Shown in pieces: positions 21,656 to 33,589 of a DNA stretch of 64,000 nt. The notes beneath the pieces are model-generated. The model did not search any database. It was not told the DNA's origin and saw only the letters and a program-made list of their open reading frames with translations. Position numbers and translations under genes: made by a program. Source of the DNA: the human T2T-CHM13v2.0 reference genome, Homo sapiens. The stretch lies in the NCBI RefSeq assembly GCF_009914755.1, contig NC_060948.1; one strand, given 5' to 3'. The number at the start of each line of letters is the position of its first letter. Position 1 is the first letter of the stretch.

Positions 21656-22637
21656 TGAGAGGTGACAACGTGCTAGCAGCCTTCGCTTGCTCTGGGAAGC
21701 TCCTTGGCCTCAGCCTCTGCTCTGGCCACACTCAAGGAGCCCTTCAGCCCGCCACTGCGCTGTGGGGGCTCCGCTCTGGGACTGGCGAGTCCAGAGCCGG
21801 CTCCCTCTGCTTGCGGGGAGGTGTGGAGGGGGAGGCGCAGCGGGGAGCTGGGGCTGAGTGCAGCACTCGCGGGTTGGCTTGGGTTCCGGGTGGGCATGGC
21901 CTGCCGGCACCTGCTGGGCTTGATCAGGGCTGAGCTCCTTCTGGGCTGCCGGAGTGCCCACGGGTGACTGCCAGTGACAGGTGAAGCCAGCTGGGCTTCT
22001 GGGATGGGTGGGGACTTGGAAAACTTTTCCTCTAGCCAAAGGATTGTAAACGCACCAATCAGCACTCTGTGTCTAGCTGAAGGTTTGTAAACACAACAAT
22101 CAGCATTCTCTCAAATTGGACCAATCAGCTCTCTGTAAAATGGACCAATCAGCAGGATGTGGGTGGGGCCAGATAAAGGAATAAAAGCAGGCCACCTCAG
22201 CCAGCAACAGCAACTTTTCATGCTGTGGAAGCTTAGTTCCTTTGTTCTTCCTGCTAAATGTTGCTGCTGTTGACTCTTTGGGTCCGTGCCGCCTTTGAGA
22301 GCTGTAACACTCACCACGAAGGTCTGAAGCTTCACTCCTAAAGCCAGCGAGACTAGGAACCCACCAGGAGGGAGGAACAACTCCAGACGGGAGGAACGAA
22401 CAACTCCGGAGGCGCCACCTTTATGAACTGTAACACTCACCATGAAGGTCTGCAGCTTCACTCCTGAGGCCAGTGAGACCACACATCCACCAGTAGAAAG
22501 AAACTACGGACAAGTCTGAACATCAGAAGGAACAAACTCCGGACATACCATCTTTAAGAACTGTAACATTCGCCGTGAGGGTCTGCAGCTTCATTCTTGA
22601 AGTCCGCAAGACCAAGAACCCACCAATTCCGGACACG
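21656..22637 (+). mobile_element. Solo LTR12-family LTR (ERV9/HERV9)
   Basis: Starts tgagaggtgacaacgtgct, ends ccaattccggacacg; CCAAT repeats; ctgtaacactcacc U5 repeats; 4-bp TSD CTGG. Confidence 0.97.
22030..22190 (+). promoter_or_regulatory. LTR12 U3 promoter: tandem CCAAT (NF-Y) boxes, GC/GT box, GATA site, AATAAAA TATA-like box
   Basis: accaatcagc x3, gggtggggcc, agataa, aataaaag. Confidence 0.7.
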
Positions 22638-22716
22638 CTGGGATACTTTGTGACTTTGTTTACAGAGAAAAAATAATATATTTTTTCATTCCAAATCTGT
22701 ATTTAAAAATATGTAT

Positions 22717-23135
<419 letters not shown>

Positions 23136-24028
23136 GTTTTATTAATATTCGTTTATAAGTTAGAGAATTATGAAATCACATGTTTCAAGGTTACTTGATA
23201 TATGTCAGATTATTAATGATAATCTGATGATCAATTTATAAAATGGAACAATTATGTTTTACATAATAGAGGTAACCTTAATAAACTACTAAAAACTTAC
23301 GATATTAGAGGAAAGTAAGTATTACTTACTAGAAGCTATAAGGTTCAATATGAAGATAAGCTTTGGCATATTTGGATTAGAGTCATTCACAACCTAAAGG
23401 GTTTTTTTACATTGACAATTTTAACACGCATATACTTTAAGCTAGGAATGACAAAAATATTAGTGAAAAGTTTTGTGTCCATTCACATTAAAACATAGTA
23501 TTTTAAAATCTTGAGTTTTTTGAAATATAAATAATATTTAGTGTATTTTATTAGTGTTATATATATTTGTAGCTCAGATTACACTCACTATACATGAAAT
23601 ATACTCTTAATCATTTAATATTATTTCTGATCATTTTTCATGATGTTGCAAATTCTTTGTATATGTGGTTGTAAGTGACTGCATAACATCTCATCTAATT
23701 GATGACTTGTATGTATGCATTTTGCCTATTTTGGGGTACAGTTTATTTTTTTCCATTTTTGATTATCATAAGCCATTTTGTGATAAAAATGTATGTGTGT
23801 GTGTGTGTGTGTGTGTTTATGATGTTTTCAGGCAATTTTCAAATAATAGGCTCTTAGAAGTAAAATTACTAATCCAGGAATTATTTTGTTTCAAATCTCT
23901 TTACTTGTTTAGGGAAGGATATGGCTACTTTGAAATGGAAACAAAAGATTTTAAATAAGAAACAATGAATAACATTATCCACAGAAAATCAGAGATTGAA
24001 CCGTCAACATTAACATGGCATTTATCTT

Positions 24029-24331
24029 TTATTTTTATTTACATTATTTTTTTAGACAGGATCTTGTTCTCTTGCCCAAGCTGGAGTGCAGTGTTGTGAT
24101 CATATTTCACTGCAGACTGGACCTCCCAGGCTCAATTGATCCTCCCACCTTAGCCTGAGTAGCTGGAACCATGGGCAGGGACCAGTACACCTAGTTAATT
24201 TTTGATTATTTGTAGAGACAGAATCTCCCTATGTTGCCCACGCTGGGTCTTGAAATCCTGGCCTCAAGCAGTCCTCCTGCCTCAGACTCCCAAAGTGCTG
24301 GGATTACAGGTGTGAGCCACCGTGCCTGGCC
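24029..24331 (-). mobile_element. AluJ
   Basis: gtgatcat..cactgcag, ggctcaa..gatcctcccacc, tatgttgccc. Confidence 0.93.
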
Positions 24332-24777
24332 AGTATCTTTGTTGAAGTCTTCATAAAATCTTAACAGATTTTAATCTAATCTTAATCAGGTAAATATAAA
24401 TTTCTTAAAATTTTTTATTAAATTTTACCACCATCATTAACTCCCTTTATATACTTTATAGCCATGTTGAAATGTCCATAAATGACCTGTTACAGGAAAA
24501 GAATATTGGCAACATATTTTTAAAAATCAGATACACACACATGCATTAATTATACTATCATTATATTTTCATTAATTTTCTTAAGAATTGATATTCAAGT
24601 GTTAATAGTCTATTTCTCTTGTACCAGATTAATATTTTATGTCTAGTTTATATAACTATACATTTTTAGGTCTCTGAGACACTATGCACTTGACAGTCAT
24701 CATAAATAATATGAGAATAAAGGAAATAGCCCATAATGTAACTAATTACCAGTGATTTAATTTTTCTAATTAATCTG

Positions 24778-25336
24778 TGTATTAGGGTTCTCCAGAGGGC
24801 TAATAGGATATATGTATATATGAAAGGGAGTTTATTAAGGAGAATTGGCTCACAGTATCACAAAGCGAATTCCCACGATAGGCTGTCTGCAACCTGAGGA
24901 AGAAAGAAGCCAGTAGTGGCTCAGTCAGAGACCAAAAGCCTCAAAAGCAGGGCAGCCGACTGCAGTCAGTCTTCAGTCTGTGGCCGAAGGCCTGAGAGCC
25001 CCTGGCAAAACACTGGTGTGAGTCCAAAGGCCGAAGAACGTGGAGTCTGATGTTCAAGAGCAGGAGGAACAGAAGAAAGCATCCGGCACAGGAGACAGAT
25101 GAAAGCCAGAAGACTCAAGTCAGTTTATCCCACCTTCTTCCTCTAGCTTTGTTCTAGCTGCTCTGGCAGCGGATTGGATGGTGCCCACCCATGTTTTGCT
25201 TCCTTTCCCAGTCCACCTACTGCAATGTTAATCTCCTCTGGCAACACCTTTACAGACACACGCAGAAACAATACTTTACCAGCTATCTAGGCATTCTTCA
25301 ATCCAATCAAGTTGACACCTAACATTAACCATCACA
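24778..25336 (-). mobile_element. MLT2A/B solo LTR (ERVL)
   Basis: tgtattagggttctccagagg ... aagttgacacctaacattaaccatcaca; 5-bp TSD ATCTG. Confidence 0.95.
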
Positions 25337-25759
25337 ATCTGCCTTATTGTTTGTGGTTTATAGCCCTGTTGCATGTACTATCATCCATATGCAGGCTTGT
25401 CCATCAATGACAGCTGTTTCTCAATGAACAATTACTAAGGGGTATACTTCAAGAAAAGTGAAGAAATATGTCACTCATTACAGTTTCTATTAAAAGCTAT
25501 CAGAGTTTCCTATCAGAACAATGTGCTATGCAGTTTGGTTTTATCAATATACTTGGCAGATACCAGATATCAATTGGACCCGATGTTTGAGAGTGCTACA
25601 AATCTTGAAGAAAATTTGAGTCTTGTCTGCATTAGTGCTTTCAAGTAGATAACTAAGGTAGTCATTTCAAAGAAGGTTGTTAGAGAGTACTAGCAAATAA
25701 CACAAGTTTTAAAATAGTTTATTAGATGGGTAAATTTAGACTAGGGCAAAAATCCACAT

Positions 25760-25882
25760 AAAGTTTCTTTTTCTCATTTAAAATGGGAAAATAATTTCTA
25801 ATTTATGAGTTTGTGGTGAGAATTATGTAATTTAACATCAAGCACCTAGTAAACAGTAACTGTTGTCAGTATTACTAATTAT
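25760..25882 (+). mobile_element. MIR fragment
   Basis: ctcatttaaaatgggaaaataat...gtgagaatta core. Confidence 0.65.
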
Positions 25883-27159
25883 TGGAGTCTTTAGTCATTA
25901 ACATCTGAAATTCTGTTTTATATAGTTCTTCTGAAATCTTTTGTTACTCCCTTTTACGTTTTCTACAATACCTTTTTTCATTAGTCATCCTAATTGTTAA
26001 AAAGCCAAAATTACATCTCTAAAGTCACATTAAATTTAGTTTATAATATTACAATGCATAAATGCATAAGGGAAGTGTTTTGCCATAGTTTTATTGGCCT
26101 TTTTACTTTCACATTATTACATTACCTTCTGAAGTTAAACATTAGAAACCCAATAAACATTCAGTGGAAAAGCTATAGGTTGAGGTGGTTTAAGGACATT
26201 CTTTATTTAGAAATGAATATCTTTGGCTAAGAATATAAAAAAAAAAATGTGATACACTCTGGCATATGTCAACTAGATGTACTAACCAAGTGAATATTTT
26301 GACCTTAAAAGTAGATGTTGAATTCTACACTTATAAAGTTGGAATGTCCTACTGCTCATTGTGCAAGTAGATAACAATGGGCAGAGATAACTTAGCCTCC
26401 TTTAACAACTTGCACCTATTTGACAAAAAGCCAGAGGAAGATGAGAATAGTGGGACAAAGAATATAATAGCTATTCTGTGTATAAAATTGACCTTTTTTG
26501 GGGGATATTATTCTTACAAATGGTGATTAAAATATTTTCTGGTAATATAGTCGTCATTATGTTAAAGATCCACTTCTAGGAAACATGTGCTTTGAAATTT
26601 TAAACTCAATCTCAAATAATATTACATAAATACATGCCTGATGGACATTGCATAGGCTGGAAAACATCGAAATACAAAACATTAGATTTATGCCTCTTGC
26701 AAAGTAAGCTCATTGACTTTTAAGTAAAGGTTTAAATAAACATTTAAAGATAATTGCAAGATGACATGAATAATCTGCAAAGAACACTTTCAATGATAGG
26801 TGATTATGTTAATTTGCTTTACTATTAGTAAGATTCAGTTTAAGCATGGCATTATTAGTTAGGTATGACTGAATTATTTAACTCAAGAAAAAATTTTTTC
26901 TCTTTTGGCAAGAGCTACGTTGCCATTTTATTACATCTCAGTTTCTGACTAACAATATATTATCCTTCAGCTCATATCATTTCATAATCATTTCTTATCG
27001 GTGTCTAGCTGATAGGCCTAGGCCATAAGCTAAGGTGGGGACTTACTCTTCATCAGTCTCTCAAATTTATTTGTCTCTGACATTATTTCTGGAGTTAATT
27101 ATTATCATATAAGAATCAACAACATAAGAAAGCGTTGTTGAATTTGCACATTTCTATCA

Positions 27160-27380
27160 TGTATATATATCTTACATATATAATATATATAGATTACTGT
27201 AGTGTACTATATATTTATAATGCTATGTATACATAGATATCTTACTATATATGTAGATATATAGTAAACAACTGTTTCAAATGCATTATATTATACAATA
27301 TATATTATGTAAATATATACATTTTGATTATATATGTACACACATAAACACATACATATACATATGCACACACATACAAT
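27160..27380. repeat. TA/CA-rich low-complexity tract
   Basis: Direct reading. Confidence 0.8.
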
Positions 27381-27481
27381 GGAAGTTACAAACTTCTGTC
27401 CTGCAATGAAAGCATAAAATATTATTTTCAACTTCCAAACATTTTAAATTGGCACCATAAAACACTATTAAATAAATGTCA

Positions 27482-27772
27482 CTTGTTGTGGCTCATGCAT
27501 GTAATTCCAGCCCTTTGGGAGACCAAGGTGGAAAGATTCCTTGAAGGTGAATAATTCAAGACCAGCCTGGGCAACATAGTGAGACTCCATCTCTACAAAA
27601 ATAAAAAATAAGAGGTGTGGTGGCATGCACCTGTAGTCCTAGCTACTCTGTAGGGTAAGAGAGGAGGATTGCTTGAGCCCAGGAGTTCATAGCTGCTGTG
27701 GGTTATGATTGTGCCACTGCACTCCAGCATGGGTGACAGTGAGATCCTGTCTCTTAAAAAATGAAAATTTTT
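27482..27772 (+). mobile_element. AluJ
   Basis: gggcaacatagtgagac, ggattgcttgagcccaggagttc, tatgattgtgccactgc; TSD aaatgtca. Confidence 0.93.
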
Positions 27773-27849
27773 AAAATGTCATAAATATTTCAGTTCTAAA
27801 TATTATAGTGGCTTAAGGTAGCAAACATGAGGAAACAAAGTAAAAATAA

Positions 27850-28660
27850 AGAGAAATTATCAGCACAATCTTTTTTTCATCAGGGTTCCAATATGGCCAA
27901 CATTTTACAGATACGAAATCTCTAATCCAGGCTGCTATAGGTTGCACAATGAACGAAAAAGGGCAAGCAATGGTTGACATCACCAAGAAGAAAGAGATGT
28001 TAGTATTATCTGACAGAGATTCTAAAGCAGCAATAATAAAAATGCTTCAATGAGCACTTACCAAAGTGTTTCGAACAAATGACAAAATACAAAGTTCCAG
28101 CAAAGAAATAGAATTTTTAAACCTAAAAATAGAAGATATAAGAAGCAACAAATAAAAATTGTATAACAGTCCTATAGCTTGAATGTATCCCCCAAAGTTA
28201 ATGTTTTGAAAAGTTAGTACCCAATGAAATAGTGTCAAGAGGTGAGACCTATGAGAAGTAATTAGATCATGAGGTCTCTGCCTTCTTAAGTGTATTAATA
28301 CCATTATCAATGGAGTGGGTTCATTACCATGAGAGTGGGTTTGGTATAAAAGTGAGTTTGGTTCCCTCTTGTTCTCTCTCATCCACATGTGATGTCTCTC
28401 CATGTGATACTTCCTGCCATGTTATGCTGCAGCAAGAAGACCCTCACCAGATGCAGCCCCTCTATGTTGGACTTCCCAGCCTCCGGAAGTGTAAGCCAGA
28501 AAAACTTATATTGTTTATAAATTACCCAGTCTGTAGCATTCTGTTACACCAGCACAAAATAAACTACAACAAACTGTAAAATATAATAAACAAAAACTAA
28601 ACAAAACTTTGAGTGTGCTCAACAGCACAATAGAGAGGCAGAGAAAAGAATTAGTGACCA
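27850..28660 (+). mobile_element. Old L1M ORF1-region fragment interrupted by an MST LTR
   Basis: tatctgacagagattctaaagcagcaataataaaaatgcttcaa; resumes after the LTR. Confidence 0.7.
28168..28571 (+). mobile_element. MST-family LTR (ERVL-MaLR)
   Basis: tatagcttgaatgtatccccc...ttgtttataaattacccagtctgtagcattctgtta. Confidence 0.9.
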
Positions 28661-28979
28661 TAGCAATTGCCTAATTGCAGAGGTTGCAGTCCTTAGGAGT
28701 CACACATTGGCCATGGGTTGGGGTAGGGAGGCCCATGGGAAGGAGAGTTTGACTGCTCAACAGCCAGATGAGGCCTACATTTTCCTTTTGCACTGCGCTC
28801 TGCAAATTGGACCTACTGTCATGGTTCTAGCTGCCAAATAAAAATTTTGCTAATAGGTTTAATTAGGTTACACGGAAATTGGTGCACTTTGTTTAGGTGC
28901 AGTGAAAATAGTACTGATTAGGACTCAGGAGAGATCAGTTTAAGAATCAGCCCTGTAAAAGGAAATTATCAACTTATTT

Positions 28980-30312
28980 TTTATCTTGATTTTCTATTCT
29001 CCATTTTGATTATCTCTGCTCAAAGCCTTATTATTTCCTTCTTCTGACTTGGGTTTAGTTTTTTCTCCTTATTTAGTTTCATAAGACTTAAAGTTAGGTA
29101 GTTAATTTGAATTCTTGCTTCGTTTTCAATGTACGCACTTACATTTAAAAATTCCCTCTTAGCATTTTTTTGGCTATATCTATAAGTTTTATTATTTTGT
29201 GTTTTTATTTTCATTTTTCTCAAGACATTTTCTAATTTCTTTAGTGATTTTATCTTTCACTCATTGTTTTTTAAAGAGTGTATTGTTTAATTTGCACATA
29301 TTTGTGGATTTTTCAGTTTTCCTTTGCTTCATTTCTACTTTTATTCAATTGTGATGAGAAGAGCTACTTTGCATGATTTAATGTTTTTAAATTATTGAAC
29401 GTCTCTTAGAGACTTCAATATCCCACGTTCAATAATAGAAAAAATAAGACAGAAGTTTGATAAATGAAAAGAGAATTTGATAAACATTATAGACCAATTG
29501 GATGTAACAAACATAAGTAACACAGAAGAATGTATTTTTTTTCTGAGTGCATATAGAATGTTCTCCAAGATAGACAACATGCTTGGCCACAGAAAAAGTC
29601 TTAATTAATTTAAAAACATTAAATCATGCAAAGTATCTCTTCTCGTCATCCCGTCAAATTCATCAGTATTCGCTTCACATATTTTCAGACTCAGACATTT
29701 GGTGCATAAATGCATATAAGTGCAATAAATAGTATATATATATATACACACACACTTATATATACATATATACACATATATACATATATATAGATAGATA
29801 TAGGATTTGGTACTATCAATGGTTTTAGGCATCTATTGTGGGATGAGTCTTGAAACTTATGCCACGTGGATAAGGGAGGACTACTGTATCTTCTTGGTTA
29901 TTTGAACACTTTATTGTTACATAATGTCCATTTTTGTCTCTAGTAACTATTTTTGACTTGAGAATTATTTGTCTAATATTAATGTAGCCACTTCTGCTCA
30001 ATTTTTTTTACTATTTGCATGAAATATTTTCGCCATTCTTTCACTTTCTTTGCTAAATATGTTTCTTCATTTTTTTCTTTTTTTATTTATGCATAATAGA
30101 TGTACATATTTTCAGGGTATATGTGATAATTTGATACATTCATATAATGTATGAAAATCAACTATCCTTTCATTTTTACTGTATATCCTTAGATTTAAAA
30201 TGAGTCTTTGTAGTCAGTGTATAGTTAAATCATGTTTCTATTTTAAAATATTCTGCCAATCTATGTCATTTGATTGGGCAGTTTAAACTATTTACATTCA
30301 AAGTAGTTATTG
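28980..30312 (-). mobile_element. Old L1M ORF2 5' part with an inverted segment (~29400-29648) and a MER2 fragment
   Basis: Antisense endonuclease-region motifs flanking a sense block gagacttcaatatcccac...ttctccaagatagacaa. Confidence 0.85.
29795..29886 (-). mobile_element. MER2 (TcMar-Tigger) terminal fragment
   Basis: ggataagggaggactactg TIR followed by TA. Confidence 0.85.
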
Positions 30313-30555
30313 AGCAGCCTCCACTGCTTTTTTTTCTTCACTCTGGGAGGCCCACATGGCTCTGCCTCAACTTTCTATTCCCTGTGACTCACAGGACCTG
30401 AGAGATCAGTAGGGAGGACAACATGGCACTCCAGAAGCTGGGAAGTGGACAAAGAAAAGGCAAGGGGATTCCAAAGCTCATATAGCTCAAAAAGTTTAGT
30501 TTACTTGGATAGTCTTATTTGAGTTTTCATCTATACAATTTTTTTTGCAAAAGTG

Positions 30556-31331
30556 CCAAAATGGCCAACTAGATGCAGATAGAAAGAGCTTCCCCCACTA
30601 AGAGACTAGACTATCAAAAAGACCAGCACACTCCAAGCAAATTTTCAGGAAGAAGGCATTGAGAGTGGGTAAAGGGAGGACATAGACTGAAGAGGGAGGA
30701 AGCTGGGAACCCTGCACAGGGTTGGTGAGCACCCTTATATCCAAACAAACAATTGAACTAGCTCTCCAGCAATACTTTTTAACCAAGCTGATATGTCTAA
30801 AATATAAACATATAATTCAGAATCTGGATAACAATGAAGATCATGAAGATTCAGGAAAAAATTGAAACTCAAGCCAAGGAAACTAAGAAATTTAGTAAAA
30901 TGATACAAGAGCTCAAACAGAAAATAACTATTATATGCAAAAACCAAACTGATTTTCTACAGCTGAAATTTTCACTACAACAATTTCATAATACAATTGG
31001 AAGTATTTACAGCAGAATAGACCAAGCTGCAGGAAGAATCTCAGAGTTCAAAGACCAGTTCTTTGAATCTCAGTCAGACAAAAATAAAGAAGAAATACAA
31101 AAGAATTAACAAAACCTACAAGAAATATGGAATTATATAAAGAGACCACCAAACCTATGACACATTGGTGTCTCTGAAAAACAAGGAGAGGGAACTAGAA
31201 ACTTGGAAAATATATTCAAGGGTATTGTCCACAAAAATTTCTCCAACCTCAGTAGAGAAAGCAATGTTCAAAGTAAGGAAATTCAGGGAACCCCTGTGAA
31301 ACAGTATGCAAGGCAACCATCCCCAATGCAG

Positions 31332-31363
<32 letters not shown>

Positions 31364-33210
31364 TATATATATATCACATATATACATATATAAGTATATA
31401 TATGGCATATATATATCACATATATACATATATAAGTATATATATGGCATATATATATCACATATATACATATATAAGTATATATATGGCATATATATAT
31501 CACATATATACATATATAAGTATATATATGCCATATATATCACATATATACATATATAAGTATATATATGGCAGCTAGAAATAAGGGGCAAGTTGCTTAC
31601 AAAAAGAACCCAGTCTGGCTAAGAGTAGACCTTTCAGCAAAAACCCTACAAACTAACAATGAGGTTTTCCACATAGTTAGAAAAATCACTTCTAAAATTC
31701 ACATGGAACAAAAACAGAGCCCAAACAGCAGAGAAATCCTAAGCAAAATAACAAAGCCAGAGGCATCACAATAGCTGATGTCAAACTATACTACAAGGCT
31801 ATAATAACCAAAAAGGTATGGTACTGGTACAAAAACAGACACATAGATAAATGGGACAGGTTAGAGAACCCAGAAATAAAGTCGTCCACCTAGAACCATT
31901 TGATCTTTGACAAACTCAACAACAGCAAGCAATGCGGAAAGAAATCCTTATTCAATAAATGCTACTAGGATAATTTACTAGCCATAGGCAGAAGATTAAA
32001 ACTGAACCCCTTTATTTAAACAGATGTAAAAAGCAACTCAACATGGATTAAAGACTTAAATGTAAAACCTAAAACTATAAAACCCTAGAGAAAAACCTAG
32101 GAAATACTATTCTGGATATTGGTCTGGCAAAGATTTCATGGTGAAGACTCCAAAAATAATTTCAACAAAAATAAAAATTGACAAACAGGACCAAATTAAA
32201 CTAAGGAGCTTTGACATAGTGAAAGAAACTACCAACACAGTAAACAGACCACCTAGAGAGTGGGAAAATACACTTGCAGACTATACATCCAACAGAAACC
32301 TAATATCCAGAATCTATAAGTAACTTTACAAAATCAAGAAAAAAAGAAAGAAAGAACTCCTCTAAAAATGGGCAAATGACATGAACAGACACTTCTCAGA
32401 AGACAAACACATGGCCAACAAGCATATGAAATAATGCACAATATCACTAATCATTAGGGAAGCACAAATTAAAACCACAATGCAATACTATCTCACACCA
32501 GTCAGAATGGCTATTATAAAAAAGTCAAAAAATAACAGATGTTGGTGAGGTTGCAAAGAAAAGAGAATGCTTATACACTGCTGGTGGGAATGTAAATTAG
32601 TTCAGCCATTGCAGAAGGCAGTTTGGTGATTCCTCAAAGTATTTAAAACACAATTACCATTTGACCAAACAATCACATTACTAAGTATATACACAAAGGA
32701 ATATAAATTTTTCTACCATAATGACATATGCACATGTAGGTTCATCACAGAACTATTCACAATAGCAAAGACATGGAATCCACCCAGATGTCCATCAATG
32801 GTGCACTTGATAAAGAAAATGTGGTTCATATACACCATGGAATGCTTCACAGCCATAAAAATAAGTAAAATTATGTCATTTGCAGCAACATGTATGCAGA
32901 CAGAGGACATTATCTTATGCAAATTAATGCAGGAACAGAAACCAAATACCACATGATCTCACTTATGAGTGGGAGCTAAACATTGTGTACACAGGGACAT
33001 AAGGAAGGGAACAATAGACATTGGGGCCTACTTGAGGGTGGAAGGTGAGAGGAGATTGAGAATTAAAACCCTACCTATGCGATGTTATGCTCATCACCTG
33101 GCTGGTGAAATGATCTGTACAGCAAACCTCTGTGACACGCAATTTACCCTTGTAACAAACCTGCACATGTACCCCCTAAACCTAAAATAGTGTTTGGAAA
33201 GAAATAAAAG
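30556..33210 (+). mobile_element. L1PA15/16-like element with both termini and two large internal deletions
   Basis: 5' start aaatggccaactagatgcag; ORF1 peptide (MKIMKIQEK...SRIDQAAGRISE); jump at ~31650 to ORF2 3' part; 3' end aacctaaaata. Confidence 0.9.
31332..31572. repeat. TA-rich minisatellite, ~5 copies of a 42-bp unit catatatatatcacatatatacatatataagtatatatatgg
   Basis: 14-aa periodicity in the overlapping ORFs; direct reading. Confidence 0.95.
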
Positions 33211-33589
33211 ACTTTTATACAATAACATGCCCATCTGCGTTACTTAATTGTATCTGTATTGGAACAAAATTAAATTTGTAAATTACCTTAAGAACAATTG
33301 ATGTTGATAATATTGAGTTTTCCCATCTAATAACATGATTTGATTTTTCATGTGTTTATGTCTACATTCATATAACTTAGGAACTTTCTATGGTTTTTGT
33401 TATATTCAAAACACATTTTTGTTAGATGTATTATTAGGTAGTTTATTTTGTTAGAGTCTATTAAAAAGTAAACAGAAGTATAAAAATAATAAAATAATTA
33501 TTGATAACTATGGACATTTTTTAAATTCATTCAAGTAATTTGGAAGCCTTTGTTTTTTAGACTTAGTTACTGAGATATTTTCCCCCCAG

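Noticed and set aside
21628-22482. Overlapping GC-rich ORFs resembling a CpG-island gene start
   Set aside because: Essentially all within the LTR12 solo LTR
31203-31591. Repetitive His/Ile/Tyr ORFs on both strands and a CRISPR-like periodicity
   Set aside because: Translation of a 42-bp TA-rich VNTR; units are contiguous with no unique spacers and no cas genes
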